From NCBI GenBank assembly GCA_043228905.1, contig JBHGNT010000001.1, forward strand, positions 23,932,001 through 23,996,000: 64,000 bases of DNA, given 5' to 3'. A program made the position numbers and the translations under genes. Below are positions 10,196 through 23,145 of this stretch, one piece after another; the first letter of the stretch is position 1, and each line of letters begins with the position of its first letter. Source of the DNA: Azolla caroliniana (taxonomy: Eukaryota > Plantae > Polypodiophyta). The notes beneath the pieces are model-generated. The model had not been told where the DNA came from. It ran no database searches and saw nothing but the letters and a program-made list of their open reading frames with translations.

Positions 10196-13100
10196 GTTGG
10201 ACAATTTTCTTTTTGGTGTATAATATATTCATACTTTCGCATGTTATGGCCATTCTTTCTCACAATCCTTATCCTTAGTAATATAGTTTCCTTTGCAATT
10301 TTTGCTTCTGTTTATTCAGGAGTATGCTCCTATGGCCTTCCACCTCTGCTGCAGATGCCTCTGATGGGAGCATTCAAAGTCCGTCAAGAAGAACCAAACC
10401 TAACAGGTCATTGGTCTCTCCTCTATCATGTAATTAGAAAAGAAGATTGTCTAGAGGAAAAATTTAAAAAATCAAACAAATGCCCCATGATTCCTTTATT
10501 TAAACAGGGAAACATTGACCATGTAATAATTATTCAAACAGCTGACATTCAGTAATCAGGAAGCTATTACTAGTCCAGTCACTAGATTGCATGGAAGAAA
10601 TTCTTCACGCACTGTGATCTGGGAGGATGTGCATTGTTTTGAAAGCTCGCCATCTACTGGGGTTGTGAATAAGCATAAGAATGATAGATCTCAAAGGAGT
10701 ACTACAGTTAAAATAATTTTGTTTATCCTTTTGCTACATGGACACTTCTCCAAGCTGATCAACCACACACATGCTTGTGACATGTGTACACGTGGAGCTG
10801 TCTCTAAACACGTTTTTGGAAGCTTCTCTTTTGTTGAGAACTTCAAAATATGTCTTGTGTTGGTTCAAGTATGAGTATTAAGAACTATGAAGTAGTGCCA
10901 CCAATGGTTTGACTAAGAGGAATACTATACTCACTGCATTATGGATTCTCACACAGTCCTGTATTGACATGTATGGATGGAACATAGAGTGTTTCTTTAG
11001 TATGGTAGTTGGATGCGTGTTGACGTACTGGTAGAGCTTTACACTGGGTGGGTTACCTTGATGCCACATTCTCTTTAGAATGCATCTGGTGTTGCATTTC
11101 AAAGTAATTACAGCCTTCCCTCAGATCATTAAGACTAACATACATTTGAGTTAACTGGAGTTAACTCATCAATTTCTATCGGATACACTGGTTTGTTAGC
11201 CTTACAACGACCTTACCTGGTTTCATTATCTTCTTTTCGTCAACATGGTCATCTTGATGAATATTGATTTCTTGAACTTTCTCAAACCATTGTTGCTTAC
11301 CATGCATGGTTCCAGGGGGTTTTGATCATTTACCTTCTTAGTACTGGAGAATGCTTGATTCAATTCTTCATCATTTGACACCTCATTTTTGGTTTCCTAG
11401 ATCAACTGTTTGTGAACAGAATATCTGGAAACTGGTCAAATAACTTTGGAAACATTCTTCCTGTTTTCTACTCGATTGTGAGAAGCTGTCATCAGCTAAT
11501 ATATGAATTCTTGTTGGATTTCTCTGCAGGAGTTTTACTGCAGCTCATTTTCTCTTATCTGATGATCTGGAGGAGGGCACGGAACCGATCAAGGGAAAGT
11601 TCCTCGTGAAGTGGAAAAATCAGGGACTGATTTCAGGATTGTCATACTGTCTTTGTTCTTGTAGCATGATATTGCTGAACAAAGTTGTATTATCTGGCTA
11701 CAATTTCAATGCTGGAATATCTTTGATGTGTTATCAGGTCTGTATCATAAGGTTATTACTTTCAAGGACGTTTGAATGTTATGATTGAATATTTACTTGG
11801 CTTCCCTCTCTCTGTCTCTTTCTTAGAACTTGGTTGCTGTTATAGTTGTGTATGCTTTAAGTGCACTTAGGATTATTGCAACTGAGCCAATTACCTGGAG
11901 GCTTGCCACTCTTTGGTTTCCGGTAAACATGCTCTTTGTGGGCATGCTGGTGTCTAGTATTTTCAGGTAATTTCTCCTAGATCAACAAGACGTGTGTTGC
12001 TTAAATACCAATTAGTGTGTCATATTTAGTTTGAGGGTTGGTTTTGGTTGTAGAAAAAAAGGAAATAGAAAGGTTCTTATTCTCATCAGTTCTTGATATT
12101 TTTTAGTCTCAAGTACATGAACGTGGCCATGGTTACAATATTGAAGAACGTTACAAATATTATTACAGCTATAGGAGAGGTCTATCTGTTCAGTAAACAC
12201 CATAACAATAAAGTATGGAGCTCCCTTCTGCTCATGGTATACTCCTCTTTTTTTGATGACTTTTATAGTTGCTAACTGTAATCATGATTCCAGGAGAGTG
12301 ACTGATTAGCTCCTTTGTCTGTGGAATCCTATTGAAAAAACAGTATCATACAAAAAACTACAGTAATTATAGGTATTCTTAACCAGTGTGTTTGTGATTG
12401 TAATAAATGCTAAAATGTGTAAAATCCATGTAGTCATTCTAAAGACTTTCATGACACAATAATACTGAACTGCACAGCTCATATGTAAGAAAAAAAGATA
12501 TGCGAATAATTTATGGATCTCAGGTGATGGGTAGATATGCCTAATATTCAAACATTTAAAATACTTCTAGTTGTAGATAAATAACTTTCTCTAAGTTGGG
12601 TTACCTTAGAACATTTTTTGATATTTAAAAATGTTTGCCACGGTCATGTTCCACTCCATACTTTGCTGTGTGGAAATATGTGAGGGATGTTATTTGTAAA
12701 GCATATCAGAACGATGACACTATTTAAAGCATGCAAAATACTCTCACATGAAACACCGTTTCCATTCTGAGGTTTAGATAATGATTCTAAACGATTTTCT
12801 TCAGATTGTTTCTGCATGCTGTGGAGGATTTACAGACCTTTCATATAATGCGATTGGCTATGCATGGCAAGTCATGAATTGCTTTTTGACAGCGGCATAC
12901 TCGGTGGGTGCCAAAAAGCAGTGAAGTTCTAGAGACACACTACTTATATCTCTAAATTTGTTTAAATGTTAACACTGAATTTCCTATACTATATTGACAA
13001 GGATACCATGAATGTATTCTAGACTAGGGCTTAACCCCCCTCGTTCTGGATTGCTTTTAGTACAACTTCATTGATGCATACAAGACCACTCCTTCAAGTG

Positions 13101-14330
13101 TGGCCCTGGAATTATTAATAATTGTCTTTTGCTGCTTTGATGTTGAAATCTAACCTCTTCTTCCTTTATTTTTGGCAGTTGACGCTACGCAAAGTTATGG
13201 ATCTTGCCAAGAAGGAGACAAAATCTGGAAACTTGGGTGAATTTTCAATGGTTTTACTGAACAACTTACTCTCCTTACCGCTTGGCATTGGCTTGGTTTT
13301 CATCTTCAGGGAGGACGACTATCTGCAAAATCAGTAAGTTAGTAAATTCACTGATTTAACACTACCAAAAAATTCCAAATGTTTTTTATACTTTCGGCAT
13401 TGTATTCGATTTTGTAACATAGAACTACTTGTGGTTGGAAACTGTAAAGATCCTGAAATGAGATACAAATTTATGATTGGTGACATTGATATATATGCTC
13501 ATTGTCATCATATTCCCTATGGTTGTAATGATGTTGCAAAAAAATAAATAATGCTTTTCCTATGAGATGATTCCGCATGCAGAAATTTGATTATTATTGT
13601 AACACTTTCACAGACCCATCATGAAGTCCCCAATGTTTTGGCTTGTTGCAACATTGAGTGGATTGTTTGGGCTTGCCATCAGTTTCACATCGATGTGGTT
13701 TCTTCATCAAACAGGTCCAACTACACATAGGTATGATGGATTTCTTAATGAATTCTACATTGGGGAGGTGTCTTCTAATCTATTTAAAGTAGGATCTTGC
13801 AAGAACTCAACAATTTCTTTAAGAGTTCTCCATAGAGGCCCATCTAGTACCATGTCCAAAATAAAAAAACATGCTATTTCTCAGGAGTTTCAATTTCAAA
13901 AAAGGAAGCGTGTAAGTCAGTTAAGAATATAAATACAATGTTAAATAGTTTCTAATGGAAGGAAAGTAATTGTCATTGTGTGGTGTTTTTCTCATTTGTT
14001 ATGGTTGAATCGCTGCTAAATCTTATTTTCTATTTTGAATTGATTTGACTGTAGTTTGGTGGGGTCATTGAATAAGATCCCTCTATCTCTGGCTGGCATT
14101 CTTTTATTCAAAGTTCCTACCAGTGTTTCAAACCTCTCAAGTATACTTTTTGGTGAGCTCCCACTCTTTTGATGTGTCAACACATACATGGTTTCTTCAT
14201 TATGAATGTGGACAATGACACATACACGGTTTCTTCATTATCAATGTGGATGGCATCTCTTTTATTCTCTCTGCCTTTTCTTCTAGGACTAGTTGCAGGG
14301 GTTATGTTTGCCCAAGCGAAAATGCGGTGA
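10185..14330 (+). CDS. GONST1: Golgi GDP-mannose transporter, GONST1-like nucleotide-sugar transporter (spliced)
   Basis: Phase-consistent GT-AG exons: (10185-10195, start uncertain), 10320-10406, 11530-11737, 11827-11966, 12107-12236, 12805-12903, 13179-13333, 13614-13730, 14055-14152, 14287-14330 (TGA). Peptides include YCLCSCSMILLNKVVLSGYNFNAG, SLKYMNVAMVTILKNVTN, SMVLLNNLLSLP, FTSMWFLHQTGPTT, the GSLNK GDP-sugar motif and FAQAKMR*. Confidence 0.93.
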
Positions 14331-15327
14331 TGGTGACTTTTTCTGAATATGTTTTTCTCGGTCCAAATAGAGGAGACTGTTCAGAAATGCTGCAAAACAT
14401 ATCAGAAGTAATGCAAATCTATTCCCCCCCCCCTTTCCAAAATCCCTTTGCCCCAACCAATTGTTTTCTCATATTCTATGGTGTATGGATGCATTACACA
14501 ATGGTCTACACTGTTTTCCTCGATTCTGTATATTTAGAGATGCAATCAAACTTGTTGCCCTTGTGTGAAAACGCCGGAGTTGATCTTATGATTGATTCGG
14601 ATACAAGAAATTATTGCATCTAGAGTCGTTTGATATTCTTTTGTTGCTCTATTAGAGCCATTACTTACATTCATTCATCGTTGTATTAAATACAGTTAAC
14701 ATTCAGTTTTCACAACATCGTTGCTTGCATTAAAGCTGTTATTATGTTGTCTTCAAAGCAAATTCCACCTTTATAACCTTGGGAGTTTTGATTAAGATCT
14801 CAATAAATCCTTGTAATTATACTGTAACATCATTACCTACAACTACTGCGCTAAATGCAAAAGAGATGCTCTTCTCGCAATGAAAATCACATTTTCTAGA
14901 TCACTACAATTATTGCATGGGACTATTATGCTCCTAAAATATCACGTAAATATTAAAAGAAAGAGAAATAATGCGAGTTTCAATTGTAAAAAAGCTGCTT
15001 GCCCTGATCTAGGAGCTCTTGGAATCTCCATTCTTGGTGTTCAATTGTGTTGGTGTATGATTTCTTCTTGCTTTTGAGATTTGATTTTACCTGTCTTCAC
15101 TTTGACAATTTATCCTTGTTCCATTCACCGTGGATATATCACTTCCTTTTTGTTTCTTCAATATTTCAGTGCACACCATTCTGTAATGCCAAATTTGGAC
15201 TTTGCTCCCTTAGTTTCTTAGTTTTGACTTGTCTTGCTTTTGGGCAGGAAGCTCAATGTAGATTCACTTCCTTTTTTGTCTCTTATGCCATTGTACTTGT
15301 ACTTTATCATTGTGTACAGAATAAGAG

Positions 15328-15386
<59 letters not shown>

Positions 15387-15389
<3 letters not shown>

Positions 15390-18300
15390 AAATCTTCTAA
15401 GACCAAAAGTGGCCCATGAGACAAATGATACAATAAGGGGATGTGTAACCAATCATCAAAAATAAAAAAAAGGTCGCTTAAAGGCTGAATAATGGGATTT
15501 AAATGGAAAAAAAGAATAGAAATAAAAGAGTTACATTGGGTACAAAAAATGTGATGGAGTGTAGTATGTTTTATAAAGGAGTGGACAATCTGTTCGTTGA
15601 TTAAAGTCTTGAGACTCAATGGATCGTTTTGATAGAATTGATGTATGAGACTAGTTTCATTTCTATCCAACTCTCTTGAAAAGGAGTGAGGGGTTGAAGG
15701 GTTTTGATGTGGGTTTGGCTCGTGGTGTAGATGAGATAGATAGATTATATTATCATCTTTAGAGGTCAAATATGACCTATGAGACCAAAAAAAAATACAT
15801 TTCACGTGCAATTGAGAGTGCACGTTGTGGTTGTGAGAGAAATTCATGCAAGGATTGGGCTTGGTCGAAGATGTGTGGAAAGCATAGTCAAATATGATCA
15901 AAGGCAGAGCATTGTATCAAAGTGTGATACTTAGACTCTCGAACTTGTTTAGAGCAAAATGTGCATAGTCGACCACTCTCATCACTTGTGCCGCAACGTC
16001 TCACATCACAATGCATGTGAGCTAAGTCACATGGAAGCAATGGTTCGAATAGAAGCCAAGGGAATGGGTTCTAACATGTATCGATGTGTACGGTTTCCCT
16101 GTTTCGCGAAGAATATGGTTTTGTAGTTAGGTGCAACATGTGTAGTATAATGTATGAAGCGTGAACCTCCACATTTTTCCCATGACATGACACATTGGTG
16201 TTGCAAAAAGGCCTCATTTACAGAGGAATCTAGTGATGCATCATGAAGCAAATGTGTTGCATCCCATCTACTAAACCACTTTTTCATATCTTGCATCTAA
16301 GCGTAACACAAAATTTTGCTTTTATGTGTCTTTTGGATCTTTTTGCTTGCTTCCCATGCGATTCTTGGAAGTCGATGCAAGGGACTTTTTTGAACCTTAA
16401 GCACGTATTCAACAACCCTTTCCATGGCCAAGATATTAATGGGAAGTGATCCGTGTCAAGGAGGAGGAGGATGTATGGTGTTTGTTTCTTAACTTGTAGA
16501 AACTTTGTAAGAGAATGTTTTTGGACATTTTCAAACTCTTTCAAAGTAGATTTAGGGATGCTACCACCCCATAGAGAAGCATCGGTGTCACAAAAGTGTT
16601 GAAAAGGTATTACTTGAGGACCCAACACTTATCTCCAAGATTGCATGTGTTCTCAAATGCATAATATGCTCGCTTACCTGCCTCTAAGCGGTGTGTAGCA
16701 CATTCATTCCATTTATGATTTGAAGGAACTTCAAGGCCAAGTTATTTGAAGCTTTCCACACATTCAAGTGGCGCATTGTTGTACATAATGCATGGTTTAT
16801 CTTTTTTTTGACTCTTCACAAGCATAATCTTTGTTTTAGAGCTATTGACACTTAATCTAGTATGTATGCAATTTTTTTCCAATGCCTTCATAAGTTTTTG
16901 TGCATCTCTTGAAGTATTTGCAAAAAGCACTACATCATCCGCATATAACAAAAGCATAATCACAACATTCCCAATGACAACTTCTTCAACACATTCTTCC
17001 TTTGCAAACTTGGTAACCATTTCTTCTAATTCATCAATGCATAGACCAAATAATGTTGGTGAGAATGGGCATCCTTGCTTAACACCAATAGTGTTATTGA
17101 AAAAATCTGAAAGTCTATCTCTTATACGCACACAACATATAACCTTATCATATATTCGGGAAATTGCAAGTATATATTCACTTGGAACCTCAAGTTCTTT
17201 CATCCGCCTCCAAAGATGCTCACGAGGTACCATATCAAAAGCTTTCTTGAAGTCTACAAAGCAACAATATAAACCTTTACCTCTAAGGCAACTTTCCTCC
17301 ATTAATACTCAAAGAGTGACAAGATGATCAATGGTGCTATGGTGTTTTTGAAAACTAGCTTGTCCATAAGCTCTCTTACCATTTTTTTCTGCCCATACAC
17401 TTATCTTTGATTCTATTATACACACACATAGTTTTGCCATTAATGAGCCAACCATGATGGTTCGATAGTTGTTTACATTATTTACATCTCCGCCTTTATG
17501 TAAAGGTTTGATCCAATTTGTAGTCCAATCACATGGCATACCATGTTGCAATGCATCATTAAACATATCACATATCCATATATGTGCTTCCTTTCCCGTC
17601 CATTTGAGCGTTTAAGCTTTTATACATTGAAGATTGCTTGCTTGTCGAGAGGCCAATTTCTTAAGTCCTATGCATATCTTCAATTGTAAAGAAGGGAGAC
17701 ATATGTGAAAGAGAACCATAACACATCATCTTTCTGGCAAGAGATAACTCATATAAATTCTTACAATGCATAGACAAGTCATGAAGAGTTAAGTCTCAAT
17801 GCATTTCCCCTTTAGATTTCCCCAAAATTTAGCATATGCATGTGCTTTCTCTTACGTTTGGAGAAGTTGTTGAGTAACTTCCCATATTCGTCTCTTTCTT
17901 TGAATAAGCTTTTTACATTCATGCAAATGCTTTTGGTAATTTTCTTTATCCTTAACTACATCCAAAACCATAAGGCACTTTCAAGCTTCATGACATTCTT
18001 TATCAAACCATTTTTTCTTACATTTCTTGGTGCATTTCCATGATGTGCGGTTGGTCGAAAAACATTTGTTTGTGCAAGAGAGAATGACATTCTTAAAAGC
18101 TTTCCATTTGCATTCTAGTGTGGCACCATGTTGTGTCTTTGTCATTTGTAACATATCCTCAACCATCTTGGAATACATGGGCGCTCGCTTAAGATTCATG
18201 CTCAAATGTGTTTGTTTACTATCTTCAATGACCTTCTATCGATCAAACCTATGCATACATTTGAGATCAATACATAAATTCCTATGATCGGATTTCGAGA

Positions 18301-19849
18301 TCCATTCCCCTAGTGAGAATTTATGTATACGATCCACAATACCTTCGGAAAGTAGCACATAGTCAATCACACTATTTCCATTGTGTTTTCTACATGTAAA
18401 GCCGTTAGTATTGGGCCATAAGGAAACACCATTTGCAATAAGCAATCCGGTACTATTGCACATTTGTAGGAGTAGTTTCCCAAATTGGTTCAGATCTTTT
18501 TCATCGCTAGAAGTTCGACTATACATTTGCATATCCTCTTGCATCCTTGAGATATGTGGCATGAAAGATTCTTGTGAATCAAGTTGGAAACTTCTTGTAC
18601 GAGCATTCATGTTACCAAAGACAATAACTTCCCCGTTGGATTTGAAATAAGCAATATCATCTTCTAGATTTGCAAAAGGTTGAGCAAGTTATCCAAACAA
18701 GCATTAAAGTTAGAATCTTGATGAGGAATGTAACATCCAATGACAAAAGTGGGCAAATCATTAGGTGTTTCTATTTTGAGCCATATGTAGCACTTATGCT
18801 CATCATTTTTTACGATTGACATATATTTCTGTATTTCTGTCTTAATCAAACATGCCACCCCTCCATGTCCCCTACTTTATCTTGGATTTTTCTCCCATAT
18901 TAAAGAGTGTACATTATAGTTTCCTAAACCTTGAATCCTTTGAGTATGATATCCGAGTCATCGGTGAACTCCTCTATGCCAAATCCCGCATTCCATGGGT
19001 ATCCATTGCAATTCCAAAAGCATAGTCATAAAAGACGTGGTTAGTCTCATAAGTCATGTGTCTCTACTTGCCTACATTTCCATCTTTAGGCACATCGTTA
19101 ACCTTATTTTTCAATCTTTCTTTATATGCTTTGCGACGGGCATTTTGTTTTGAGATAGTATGATTTTCACTTAGAAAGCATTGTGTACCTTTGAGGTATA
19201 GCTAACAATTTTCAAGTATGATCCGCCACTTTGTATCATCCGTCATTGTGCATATCATTAGGTGTTTCTATCATTAGGTATCCATTGCAATTCCAAAAGC
19301 ATAGTCATAAAAGACGTGGTTAGTCTCATAAGTCATGTGTCTCTACTTGCCTACATTTCCATCTTTAGGCACATCGTTAACCTTATTTTTCAATCTTTCT
19401 TTATATGCTTTGCGACGGGCATTTTGTTTTGAGATAGTATGATTTTCACTTAGAAAGCATTGTGTACCTTTGAGGTATAGCTAACAATTTTCAAGTATGA
19501 TCCGCCACTTTGTATCATCCGTCATTGTGCATACAATGGGCCTTTCTCTAGAGCGAGTAATACCATGTTTCCCAACTCGGTGTGCCCCATATACATTCAC
19601 ATTCGACATCCCATAATGCATGCTAAAAAATTCACCAATGGTCTTTCCAAGGGAAGCGGGTGTTTCTGTACTCTCCTCTTTAATCCCATAGATAACAATG
19701 TTCTTTGATCTTTGTTCACGCTCTTTCAATTCTCGGGCATCTATGCTTTCTATATTCTTCTCTTGATGCATCACATGCATATTAGATGAGTTTGATACCC
19801 CATCCCCACCACATACATCGGCCCATGATTTCGTTGTACATACATTTTT
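15387..19849 (-). mobile_element. Degraded near-full-length RTE-X-like LINE (ORF1 plus APE-RT ORF2), 5' end cut by a gypsy insertion
   Basis: ORF1 EREQRSKNIVIYGIKE...AHRVG...RPIV (19481-19780). APE pieces (HWNCNG, IGCYIP, NSVIDY, SDHR) and RT pieces (YRTIMV, FVDFKKAFD, GVKQGCP, LLYADD). The 3' end abuts (GA)n/(GATA)n at 15324-15386. Confidence 0.88.
18998..19533. repeat. 257-bp tandem duplication inside the LINE with a 22-bp filler
   Basis: 18998-19254 is repeated at 19277-19533. The filler is TCATTAGGTGTTTCTATCATTA. Confidence 0.92.
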
Positions 19850-22800
19850 TGTTACCAGCCGGCAAAGGAGTCCAGAGTGTGAAATGGGGAGTTATTTAAT
19901 TAGTAGGAATGGTTGTAAGTAAGCTATGAGTGTGGACGGACGGACCGGAATCGGTATGCCGTTCCGGATCCGGACCGATCCCAAACAGGTGCGGATGGCA
20001 CCGTTTTGTAATACATACCGGAAACCTATTTAAAGGCCCGGATACAATGTAATGAATAACGGTTAATTAATAAAGCTTAGTGTTGTTATCTCTCTGTGAT
20101 AATTGCCGTTCTGCATTCATTGTTATATCTTACGCGTGTGATTATAAAAGACGATCATGCTAAGTAACCTAATTAAGTCGGATTAATCGTTGAGTCTAAT
20201 CCTGTTGCCGTAACACCCCTTTGGTGAAGTGTCTTCCGTAGACACCCTGTGTTAGGCCATTGTCCGGCCCTAAGAGTTAACACAGTTTTTGGCGACCACT
20301 ATGGGATCCGTCACCAAAAGAAGAGGAAAGACCACCGACGCCGGAAACAAATCGGGAAAGACCACCGACGTCGGAGAAAATCCCGGAACGAGCACCAACA
20401 CTGCCAGCCCGCGCACCGATACCGGACGACGACATGCCGTTCCAGTACTCCAAGTATAGAGATGATCCGGACGCGGAAGCTCATGTGCACGCCTTTGAAC
20501 AGACATGGGAAGCCAACCATGTGTCCCAGCGATTGACCCCAGATGAAGAGGAACGCTCTAAGATAGCGGAATTTGGCGTCACATTGGAGGGACCGGCAGC
20601 AAGATGGCGCCGGACGCAGGACCCGTCTACCATCAACACCTTTGCAAATTTAAAAGCTAAATTCTTGCATTTTTTCCAAAAGGAGGTGGACCAGACCGTA
20701 ATGGTAGGCTTATTTTATACCATCCGACAGGAGGCAGGGGAGAGCATTCCCCAGTTTGTCATCCGGTTTCAACGGATGCATAGTCAGCTTGCCCGCGCAC
20801 CCCCGGAGGAGGAATTACGGACTATATTCCTAAACGCGCTCCGGGAACCCCTACGCACGGTTTGCACGATAATTGACTTCCGCACAAGTACCATCGACCA
20901 GGTCATTGACCGGGTGATAGAGATGGAAAAGACAAGCTCCTGACTCACACTGGGAGCACTCCAACGGGCGTTACCGTCCGATGAAGACCTCCGATTTCGG
21001 CAAGCAATACAGTGCACAACCTGCTTGAATTCCAGACACTCGGCTCCAGAATACACTATGAGGACGCAATGTGTAATCTGTCAATCCAAGGGCCATACGA
21101 CGGATAGGTGCGAGTATAATCTATTGAACCGGCAAGCACCGCCCATCCGACAAATAGAGCCACGCAACAGCTAGGATGAAGAAGAGGAACGCTGGCAACG
21201 AATGGAACGCGACCGACCGACACAGGATGTTCGGTATGGCGATCGACGGGAGAATGATGTCCGGTACAGTGATCGGCGGGATAACTATGACCGGCATTAT
21301 CGGTACCGGGATTACAATAGACGATACGAACATTACAACCGGGAGCACTCCCCCGGGTATTGTCAGCAACAGGAGGAATACGGCAGATATAACGGGCAAC
21401 CTCGTCAAGAGTACCGCAATAAGAAGAGCTATAACAAAAAACGGCATTTCAAAAAAGGCGGCTACCCACGGGATCCGGAACAAGGAGCTTCAAGCAGCCA
21501 ACCGGCCCAAAACCCCGCGCGTACCACAAGACCTGCCTCGGGTACAACAGACAAGGCCGAATCCAGCAATACCCGGAAAGCCTACTGCTACTACTGCCGA
21601 CAGGAAGGCCATTATAGTAATCAATGCCCGGTGAAGAGCTATGAAAAACGACCGGCAGTAAATATGGTAGTCCCTGAGGTGGCAGATCTGCAGCAGGTGA
21701 CCACACAGTCGAAGGGCATGGCCAAGGAATGGGATACGCAGGAGACCATCCGGAAGCAAGCGACGGAATGGGTGAAGAAAGCAAATGAGCAGAATGTCAC
21801 AGACTTACAGCGGCAAAAGGAGAACACCGTAGGGCTTGCCGGCGGCAGTCACTCCGAGAACGAGACATGGCAGGCGTTGCAAGAATGCCAGATTACGCTG
21901 CCACTAGGAAGACTCCTACAACTCGTGCCAAGATTCACGGAAAGACTGAAGACGGCCATGACGACAGGAGAATCGTCACCGGCATCGGTACTCTTCTCGA
22001 ATCCGGAGGAGGGACCAACGGTGGTGGACACCAATAGTCCGGTAATCACTGCCATTGTAAAAGGGAAAGAACTCCCCGACACAGTTATAGAAGGAGGCTT
22101 CGGGGTGAATGTAATAAGCCTCTGGATGTGTGAGGCCCTAGGAATCCACGAGTGGGAGCCGTGTCTATTCTGGTTACGGATGGCCGATACAAGCTCAGTT
22201 CGTCCGACAGGATTAATACGGAAATTAGAAGTCACCGTGGGCGGTCATACATTTCACATCTCGGCCGTAGTGCTACAATTACAAGCACAAGGCGCATACC
22301 CGCTATTGTTGGGGCGGCCGTGGTTGAAAACGGCACATATCAAACAGAATTGGAGGAAAAATATAATTACCTTCCGACGAGGAAAAGCCAAGGTACGGGT
22401 ACCAACACAGCCAAGGACGAGCACTGGCAAGGAATGTACACCATTGTACACAGAGTGCGTCAACATGCTAGAAGGGTTAGCTGACGAAGAAGAAGCTCAG
22501 TACTTGCAAGAAAACCTGAAGATCATACCCCTCTTCGAAATTGACATTGCCGAAGCAGTAGCACCATACTTACCGCAACCGGGAGAGGCTGAAGCAGAAC
22601 CGAATAAAGACGCAATCTGGGAGTTACGGCAAGCGCAGGAAGCGTTGGAACGGGAAATGGCCGTTTCACAGCGCGTAAAAGCGTCGCAACTTGAAGAGGT
22701 GAACCTAGGGACCACGGACGAAGCAAAATCGGTGCACATCGCCAAGGAGATGAAGTCCGAAGACAAAACGGCGATGATCACACTTCTCACGGAATTTCGC

Positions 22801-23145
22801 GACGTGTTCGCCTGGTCATACGAAGACATGCGAGGACTCGATCCTCAGTTATACCAGCATCAGGTTCACTTGAGCAAGGACGCAAAACCAGTGGCACAAA
22901 GACGGTACCGGATGAATCCCAATTATGATGCCAAAGTCAAGGAGGAAATTGACAAACTGCTAAGAGTTGGCTTTATCCATCCGGTAAAGAAAGCGACATG
23001 GCTGAGCCCGATCGTAGTCGTACTGAAGAAGAACGGAAAAATTCGAGTTTGTGTGGACTACCGGAAACTCAATGCAGCTACGGTAACGGATGCGTTTCCA
23101 CTTCTGTTCACAGATGGAGTGTTGGATGCCGTCGCCAGCCATGAG

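Noticed and set aside
14246-14623. 125-aa ORF at the end of the transporter gene
   Set aside because: It spans the last intron, last exon and 3' UTR in another frame. The real frame stops at 14330.
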